This document shows, piece after piece, positions 54,668 through 64,000 of a DNA stretch of 64,000 bases (positions within the stretch are counted from its first letter, which is position 1; the number at the start of each line of letters is the position of its first letter). The notes below the pieces were generated by a model. That model was not told where the DNA came from. It worked only from the letters and a program-made list of their open reading frames with translations, and did no database searches. Origin of the DNA: Eukaryota sp. TZLM1-RC (taxonomy: Eukaryota > Protista > Metamonada: BaSk clade); contig JAUPSS010000007.1 in NCBI GenBank assembly GCA_040285825.1, positions 830,501-894,500 of the forward strand, read 5' to 3'. A program made the translations under genes and the position numbers.

Positions 54668-56567
54668 GGAATTAATACCATATTTTCAATCAACATATTG
54701 CACATATTCTAATTTACATTTTGGTAACAACATTTTGAGTTCATCAAGTGGCGTAAAGCAAGGAGATCCGTTAGGACCTCTTTTGTTTTGTTTGGCCATT
54801 CATCCTATTCTACTGCAAATTCAAGAGATGTTTCCTTCGCTAAAAATGATTGCATATATGGATGATGTTGTGCTTATTGGTGATTTAAATATTGTGAAAA
54901 AAGCAACTGTATGTTTTAAAGAATTATTTACCAAAATTGGTCTCCGACTTAATTTACTTAAATGTGTTTTGTTATCGAATTCTCCAGTTTCCACAATAAT
55001 TGATGATATTGAAATTCAAGCCAAATTATATTCAATTGATGCTATTCGTCATTTGGGTTCATTTTTAGGAAATAATGATGAAATTACCAAAAAATTGTTT
55101 GAAAAGTTGAACTCAATTTCTGACAAAATTGACCGAATGATGAATTTAGATATAAAAAAACACATCAAATTTACCATTATAAGACTGTGTTTTAGTTCCA
55201 ATTTTAATCATATATTTCGATCTACAAATCCTCTCGTCACTAGACATTTGGCTCAAAAGTTTAATGAGTTACGTGCAAAAGTTCTGTCTCAATTACTGGG
55301 ATGTAAAATGTTTCAAATTCCAGATCATGCTTACCTTAGTCCACATTATGGTGGTTTAGGGTGGACGAAGGCTTCTATTCTTACCTCGTGTGCTTTTGTT
55401 GGTGGATGCAGAAATGCAATCTTTGAGTTTTCCGAAAGATTTGCAGATTGGGAAGATTTATTGATGACAACGCAAAGTTCCACTGTTTTTGCATTAAATG
55501 AAGAAATTTCAAGAATTGATGTAGAAAAATGGGGTCGATGTTTTCCCCAATCATTCAATGGCAATATTCCAGAAAAAAATGTTTTAAATTTGAAGTACAC
55601 TCTTCGAACATTACAGAAAAGATTGACTGGAATGTATGAAAAAGATCTTTATAATAATATTTGCAGCTCGGCTGTTTTAAATCAAGATCTTCACTCATTG
55701 TTATTGGAAAAGGGTGTTTGTGAAAACAAGGCGTCAGATTCTTCACTTTTGCAACCATTGTACCACGAAGATTTGGATTGTGTGCCACTAATGAAGCATT
55801 TGTAACAAAAATGAGATTATATTTGAACATCCCCATTAACCAATTATTATCAAAAGAAAAATGTATTTGTTCGAATTCACCTCAACTCACTTTGCGCCAT
55901 GCTCTAAATTGCTCTAAATTGATAACTTATCGTTCTTCATTACATGATGCTGTTAGAAACACTGTTTTCAATATGGCACAAACTGCAAGAATATCGTGTA
56001 TCAAAGAGCCCCTGCTGAAGGAAACACTTTCTCTGAATAATTTTGGTTCTGATGATAGAGGTGATGTATACTGTGATTGGATTGATAATTCTGAAGCTAT
56101 TGTTGACTTTGTCTCATGTAATGTTGCAAACGATACTTTGGTTCACAGAAGAAAACTTAATCCTGTGGCTGCTCTGGATTTTAAAGCAAAAGAAAAACAT
56201 AGAAAATATGATAAAGAAATTGAAGATGCAATGAAATTGAATTGTCGATAGAAATACACAGCTGGTTTTTATTGCTTTCCCATTTTCGATAAATGGAAGA
56301 TTATCAGTTGAAGCAGAAACTTTTTTTGGATGACTTCCAAAAAATGTTGAAAGAAAAAACAATGAAAAGATTTGATATTTTTTTATGGCGTTCACGGATT
56401 CAATTTGCCATTATTAATAGATTACCGCGGTTTTTCAATCGAATTAGAGAAGCTTTAGCTAGACAGCAAGCAAATAAAGATTTTGTAGAGGAAATCTTGG
56501 TTTAATGATAGTCGTCCCATTAGTTATGATTTAATTTAATCAAGTGTGCAAATTCAATAAATATAAA
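54668..56567 (+). mobile_element. 5'-truncated family B copy inserted antisense into a family A copy
   Basis: Flanked by ATTTTGCC(G/A)AAA at 54656-54667 and 56568-56579. The family A 3' end lies at ~54478-54667. Confidence 0.9.
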
Positions 56568-59500
56568 ATTTTGCCAAAACAATCTGTTGAAATTTGTGCC
56601 AGTTCTTCTCTTTACAATCATTTCAAAATCATCCAAAAAACGTAAAGCAGTTGGTGCAAGTGAACCAAAAAGGGAAAATACAAATGGATACAAATTGTAT
56701 TTTGCATGCTGTAGACTGGCCAATTTGGACAAAGGTTCATTGTATTTTTTGAATTTAAAATTTTCAGCGTTTGAAAGGGGATTATGAATTTCAGAATTAA
56801 CAAGCCTTTCATTTGAGGCATTACAAGGATCAACAGACATTACATCCAATAAAATGAAGCTTCCATCTAATCCAGGTAATATGACATCACCTCTATTATT
56901 CTTATGAAAATCATTTTCAGCATCAAACAGATTTGACAACAGAGGTTCCAAGAAGGATTCAATTCTATGAGATTTACACATACAATATAACTGGTCTCTT
57001 ACAGCATCATGAACCTTGCTTCTAAAAGTAATAAAATGTTTACAATTTAACAAATGAGTAGTTGTAATTTCTCGAGAACATTTACAAATTAAATTATGAG
57101 GTAAATTATCAGGCCAGAAAAAGGAACGAAATCTCATATTCAGAGTCCAAGCAGAACCGGATAAGAGAGTACCATAAACTTGTGGAATTGTTGTTACTAA
57201 GGCAGAAGAAGTACTGTCACACATATCTTGTAAAAGATTTGCAAAAGCGGGATTCTTTTTCTTGGCCAAGCCAAGTCAAACATCAAAATCCAAGCTTTCA
57301 AAAATCTTTGACAATTTTTGTTGAAGCTTTTTACAGCAAAACTGTAAATTAAATAGAGATCGGTTTGGAATTTCTTGAATTGATTGAGGAAAACATTTGG
57401 TCCAAATTTGTGGCGGTAATTTTTCAAGTTCACAAGATAACTCATACAAATAGGGACTACAATTGGGGACTAACAGATGAGAATCATCAGGAAATCTACG
57501 AGAAAATTCATAAATAAAATTTTGCCACCACCCAAGAATGCTGATTGACACAAAATTGAAGATTTAGTAAAACCAATACCACCCCAATTTGCTGGAAGAA
57601 AATAAATGGCTTTTCAACATTCCTGGTTCTACATCCAATAAATCAGCAAAAAATTCTGTTCTCAATGAATTAAAAGAACGACAAAAATCTAATGCTATGG
57701 AAGGAGCACAAGATCTCAAAATGTGGGTTATTCTCCCACTGTAGCAAATTTTAAGCATGAAAAATTTAATATGCTTTTCTATATCTAAAGAAGAAATTGA
57801 ATCAAGTTCAATTTTCATTTTTTCCAAAATAACTTGCAATTCATTCTGAATTTGAGGCACATTTCCTAACCAACAACCAAGGAACTTAAAAAGCATCACT
57901 ACTGTAATTAGTAAAAGGGACAATAGAATCGTTTATCACGAGGTCTTGAGCAGAAGAGCCAATCAGAAGGCATTTGCTGGCATTAAGATGAAGCCCAATA
58001 TTTTCATATGAATCGGCAATTTCTTGAGCAACCAATTCTAGTAAATCAAATGAACCAATCAAGGATATATCATCCATATAAGCAACTATTTTTATAGAAG
58101 GGTATTTTTGCTTAATGATATTTAAAGTTTTGTGAATAGCTAAACAAAACAATAATGGGCCTAAAGGATCTCCCTGCTTCACTCCAGAAGATGATTTAAG
58201 ACCAAATGAATTAAAAATTAAATCTGATTCTTTCCCATAAAAATGGTAGAAAAAACTCGATAGCTCAGGAAAATCAGATTTAATAACTTCAAAATTGCTT
58301 CTCGCTTTACAGAATTAAAAGCATTTTTAAAGTCGAGATTAAAAATCAAATTATTTTCCTCTGCATTAAAAAAGGTATCAGAGGCAATAGCAGCAACAGA
58401 AGCACCATCAATTGTTTTGATTCCAAATTGATGAGGATTTAAAAATGTAGAAGCAATGTCTTTGACACGATCGAAGACAATTGATGCCAGCAAACGAGAA
58501 AGAGTTTCACCAACAGCAATTGGGCGTATTCCATCAGGATAGATTCCGTTTCCAGGCTTTACTAAAGCAATCAGACGTGCTGCGAGTAATTCAAATGGAG
58601 GATTAATTTTCAAAACAATCAATTGTTGAAAATAATGGCCTAGATCATCAGCAATTTCGGGAACACTGGAACACGCTATTTTTAAGAGATCAAAAGAAAT
58701 TCCAGATGGGCCTGCTGCTTTCCCCTTTGGTAATTTTTGAATAGCTTTAAGAACTTCAATTGCAGTAATAGGATTTTCAATCCAAAAAGGACACACATCA
58801 GGCTTGCTGCACTTGAAATTTTCTTGAGGATGCAACTTTTGAAGTTTTTCAAGGGTATCAGAGTTTGCATCAGCCAATGAAGAGGAAAACAAAGACTGCT
58901 TTGCGGCACCATAACGACCACGTAAGCACAATTTTCGGCAAATTTTTGATTTTACAATTTTTCTATTTCCAAATTTTTTCTTAAAACAATTTTTGTTTTT
59001 TCGAGCAAAATAGTTCCAGAAGGATGAAATATTCCACTTATTATTTTTCAATTCAGAAGTAAAATTTCTCATTTCCATTGAGAAGGGGATTGTGCTGGCG
59101 GGACTTATTTCTACTGGGATCCGGATCAGGGGTCTTACGGTATCAACGGCTTTACAATTCGTACAAAACAGAAGTTTTCGACCATTTCTTGAATCTGCAA
59201 CATCTTTTTTGCAAAATGGACAACAAAAATTACTGTTTTCAGAAGGGGAAGAAGAGGGAACACTAGAAGCATTTAATTGTTGATCGTCAGAAACATTATT
59301 TTCAGCACCTTTCACAACGGCAACAGCTGGAACAGAACATTCGAGAATTTGTTGAGCAGATTTTAATTCAAATTCTCTTTTTTGTTTTTCAGGGCACGTT
59401 CTCGAATTATGACCACTGATACCACAAATCGAACATTTTTTAGAACCTTTTAATGGCATTGGTTTCATTTTTTCAGTTCTTTCTATTTTGTCAATTTGCG

Positions 59501-59881
59501 AGTTAAAAGTAGAAATAGACTTTTGACTTTTTGCAGTTTCAGCTGGAGAAAACAAATTTCGAGAAACGGAGTTGTTAATAGAACGCGCAACAGAACGTAA
59601 GGAACGTAATGGTGGTTTTTGTGTGTTTTTTCTGGTACAATGATCAATTTTTGAATGAAAATTTTTTTGAGATGAATTTCGAGCATAGCTTGCATTGTGG
59701 GGAGAGTGGTTAAGTGAAAGAGATGAGCTTGTTCTGACTGGTAGAATCTTTGCTTGGGCGTTCCAATCAGTATCAGAGTCACTATCAGCCAAAGGCATCG
59801 TTTTGTCAAAGAAACAGTACGACTTTGACGCCTTGACAGAAAGTGAAATATGAAAGGGTTGACTAAGGGAGGGAGAAAAAA
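56568..59881 (-). mobile_element. Family A copy (5' end intact, several frameshifts, 3' end separated by the B insertion)
   Basis: Near-identical to 51018-54331. Confidence 0.92.
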
Positions 59882-60217
59882 AATACCTTTATCTTAACCC
59901 ACCTTACACCAACACATCAACACATGTTACAGTAGAACTAATTGCTACCTGCATCATGGACTTTTGATCGAAAAGTAATTGAATGTTTACAGTTAAACAA
60001 ATGATTTGGAGGAAATTTCTTTTGATAATTTTTTTATTAATTTTAATTTCATTCAACACCTATAAATCAACATCTAATAACATCTAAAATCCATCTCACC
60101 CAAAACAAAAACACTAGATGCAACTCTCTCATAGTGAGATCCAAGAGAAAGCAAGGCATCAGAAACCATCTTCAACGTCCCCTTAAAAATAGAAAACACA
60201 ATTCTATTTTGCCAAAA

Positions 60218-62117
60218 GGAATTAATACCATATTTTCAATCAACATATTGCACATATTCTAATTTACATTTTGGTAACAACATTTTGAGTTCATCAAGTG
60301 GCGTAAAGCAAGGAGATCCGTTAGGACCTCTTTTGTTTTGTTTGGCCATTCATCCTATTCTACTGCAAATTCAAGAGATGTTTCCTTCGCTAAAAATGAT
60401 TGCATATATGGATGATGTTGTGCTTATTGGTGATTTAAATATTGTGAAAAAAGCAACTGTATGTTTTAAAGAATTATTTACCAAAATTGGTCTCCGACTT
60501 AATTTACTTAAATGTGTTTTGTTATCGAATTCTCCAGTTTCCACAATAATTGATGATATTGAAATTCAAGCCAAATTATATTCAATTGATGCTATTCGTC
60601 ATTTGGGTTCATTTTTAGGAAATAATGATGAAATTACCAAAAAATTGTTTGAAAAGTTGAACTCAATTTCTGACAAAATTGACCGAATGATGAATTTAGA
60701 TATAAAAAAACACATCAAAGTTACCATTATAAGACTGTGTTTTAGTTCCAATTTTAATCATATATTTCGATCTACAAATCCTCTCGTCACTAGACCTTTG
60801 GCTCAAAAGTTTAATGAGTTACGTGCAAAAGTTCTGTCTCAATTACTGGGATGTAAAATGTTTCAAATTCCAGATCATGCTTACCTTAGTCCACATTATG
60901 GTGGTTTAGGGTGGACGAAGGCTTCTATTCTTACCTCGTGTGCTTTTGTTGGTGGATGCAGAAATGCAATCTTTGAGTTTTCCGAAAGATTTGCAGATTG
61001 GGAAGATTTATTGATGACAACGCAAAGTTCCACTGTTTTTGCATTAAATGAAGAAATTTCAAGAATTGATGTAGAAAAATGGGGTCGATGTTTTCCCCAA
61101 TCATTCAATGGCAATATTCCAGAAAAAAATGTTTTAAATTTGAAGTACACTCTTCGAACATTACAGAAAAGATTGACTGGAATGTATGAAAAAGATCTTT
61201 ATAATAATATTTGCAGCTCGGCTGTTTTAAATCAAGATCTTCACTCATTGTTATTGGAAAAGGGTGTTTGTGAAAACAAGGCGTCAGATTCTTCACTTTT
61301 TGTAACCATTGTACCACGAAGATTTGGATTGTGTGCCACTAATGAAGTATTTGTAACAAAAATGAGATTATATTTGAACATCCCCATTAACCAATTATTA
61401 TCAAAAGAAAAATGTATTTGTTCGAATTCACCTCAACTCACTTTGCGCCATGCTCTAAATTGCTCTAAATTGATAACTTATCGTTCGTCATTACATGATG
61501 CTGTTAGAGACACTGTTTTCAATATGGCACAAACTGCAAGAATATCGTGTATCAAAGAGCCCCTGCTGAAGGAAACACTTTCTCTGAATAATTTTGGTTC
61601 TGATGATAGAGGTGATGTATACTGTGATTGGATTGATAATTCTGAAGCTATTGTTGACTTTGTCTCATGTAATGTTGCAAACGATACTTTGGTTCACAGA
61701 AGAAAACTTAATCCTGTGGCTGCTCTGGATTTTAAAGCAAAAGAAAAACATAGAAAATATGATAAAGAAATTGAAGATGCAATGAAATTGAATTGTCGAT
61801 AGAAATACACAGCTGGTTTTTATTGCTTTCCCATTTTCGATAAATGGAAGATTATCAGTTGAAGCAGAAACTTTTTTGGATGACTTCCAAAAAATGTTGA
61901 AAGAAAAAACAATGAAAAGATTTGATATTTTTTTATGGCGTTCACGGATTCAATTTGCCATTATTAATAGATTACCGCGGTTTTTCAATCGAATTAGAGA
62001 AGCTTTAGCTAGACAGCAAGCAAATAAAGATTTTGTAGAGGAAATCTTGGTTTAATGATAGTCGTCCCATTAGTTATGATTTAATTTAATCAAGTGTGCA
62101 AATTCAATAAATATAAA
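60218..62117 (+). mobile_element. Duplicate of the family B insertion
   Basis: ORF 60285..61802; TSD ATTTTGCCAAAA at 60206-60217 and 62118-62129. Confidence 0.9.
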
Positions 62118-64000
62118 ATTTTGCCAAAACAATCTGTTGAAATTTGTGCCAGTTCTTCTCTTCACAATCATTTCAAAATCATTCAAAAACGTAAAGCCGT
62201 TGGTGCAAGAGAACCAAAAAGAGAAAATACAAATGGATACAAATTGTATTTTGCATGTTGCAGACTGGCCAATTTGGACAAAGGTTCATTGTATTTTTTG
62301 AATTTGAAATTTTCAGCTTTTGAAGGAGGATTATGAATTTCAGAATTAACAAGCCTTTGATTTGAGGTATTACAAGGATCAACCGACATCACATCCAATT
62401 CAATGCAGCTTCCATTTAATCCAGGTAATATAACATCACATCTATTATTCTTATGAAAATCATCTTCAGTATCAAACAGATTTGACAACAGAGGTTCCAA
62501 GAAGGATTCAATTCTATGAGACTTACACATACAATATAACTGGTCTCTCACAGCATCATGAACCTTGCTTCTAGAAGTAATAAAATGTTTACAATTTAAC
62601 AAATGAGTAATTGTAATTTCTCGAGAACATTTACAAATTGAATTATGAGGTAAATTATCAGGCCAGATAAAGGAACGAAATCTCATATTCAGAGTCGAAG
62701 CAGAATCAGTTAAGAGAGTACCATAATCTTGAGGAATGGTTGTTACTAAGGCAGAAGAAATACTGTCACACATATCTTGTAAAAGATTTGCAAAAGCGGG
62801 ATTCGTTTTCTTGGCCAAGCCAAGTCTGACATCAAAGTCCAAGTTTTCAAAAATCTTTGACAATTTTTGTTGAAGCTTTTTACAGCAAAACTGTAAATTT
62901 AAAAGAGATCGGTTTGGAATTTCTTGAATTGATTGAGGAAAACATTTGGTCCAAATTTGTGGTGGCAATTTTTCAAGTTCACAAGATAACTCATTCAAAT
63001 ATCGACTGCAACTGGGAACTAGCAGATGAGAATCATTAGGAAATCTACGAGAAAATTCATAAATAAAATTTTTGCCACCACCCAAGAATGCTGAGTGACA
63101 CAAAATTGAAGATTTAGTAAATCCAATACCACCCAAATTTGCTGAAGAAAATAAATGACTTTTCAACATTCTTGGTTCTACATCCAATAAATCAGCAAAA
63201 AATTCTGTTCTCAATGAATTAAAAAAACGACAAAAATCTAATGCTATGGAAGGAACAAGATCTCAAAAAGTGGGTTATTCTCTCAGTGCAGCAAATTTTA
63301 AGCAGCAAAATTTTATATGTTTTTCTATATCTAAAGAAGAAATTGAATCAGGTTCAATTTTCATTTTTTCCAAAATAACTTGCAATTCATTCTGAATTTG
63401 AGGAATGTATCCTAACCAACAACCAATGATCTCAAAAGCATCACTACTATGATCAGTAAAGGGGACAATAGAATCATTTATCACGAGATCTTGAGCAGAA
63501 GAGCCAATGAGAAGGCATTTGCTCGCATTAAGATGAAGCCCAATATTTTAATATGAATCGCTCATTTTTTTAACAAACAATTCTAGTAAATCAAGTGAAC
63601 CAATCAAGGATATATCATCCATATAAGCAACTATTTTTATAGAAGGGTATTTTTGCTTAATGATATTTACAGTTTAGTAAATAGCTAAACAGAACAATAA
63701 TGGTCCTGAAGGATCACCTTGTTTTACACCAGAAGATGATTCAAAACCAAATGAATTAAATATTAAATCTGATTATTTACCATAAAAATGGTAGACAAAC
63801 TCGATAGCTCAGGAAAATCAGATTTAATAACTTCAAAAATTGCTTTTCGCTTTACAGAATTAAAAGCATTTGTAAAGTCAAGATTAAAAATAAAGTTATT
63901 TTCCTCTGCATTAAAAAAAGTATCAGAGGTAATAGCAGCAACAGAAGCACCATCAATTGTTTTGATTCCAAATTGATGATGATTCAAAAATGTAGAAGCT
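62118..64000 (-). mobile_element. More diverged family A copy running off the window
   Basis: Shares variants and the premature stop (..KKMSDSY*) with the copy at 38256-40430. Confidence 0.9.

Larger units (their letters stand above)
51018..62117. repeat. 5550-bp tandem segmental duplication (family A body + spacer + A 3' end + inserted family B)
   Basis: Constant 5550 offset: ATG 54248/59798, ORF 54735/60285, spacer 54332-54475 repeated at 59882-60025. Confidence 0.93.

Overview
AT-rich eukaryotic (protist-like) DNA in the standard genetic code, with very short spliceosomal introns (27-31 nt). Roughly two-thirds is transposon-derived (rough estimate). Host genes are a YccF-domain membrane protein, SPO11, a long coiled-coil protein, a RasGAP, NAPRT, an oxysterol-binding protein, an RNF10/Mag2-like RING protein, DPH6, tRNA-Asp(GTC) and tRNA-Glu(TTC). 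Most repeats are single-ORF, RLE-type (CRE-like) non-LTR retrotransposons of at least four families; they are nested in each other, tandemly amplified, and include one intact TSD-flanked 1122-aa copy. The main finding is at ~2.1-14.0 kb. Removing a 7.0-kb chromodomain Ty3/Gypsy element (identical 81-bp LTRs, CATT target duplication) rejoins six small ORFs into one reading frame of ~1460 codons. That frame reads: short leader - 2A peptide - Ulp1/SENP8-like cysteine protease - 2A peptide - NLS - PolB-type DEDDy 3'-5' exonuclease fused to a Fanzor (eukaryotic TnpB-like RNA-guided nuclease). A hairpin-rich candidate omegaRNA follows it and a perfect 21-bp palindrome precedes it. This copy is dead (four in-frame stops, RuvC-III D>N, LTR insertion). 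All domain calls are from motif recognition by eye, not database searches.
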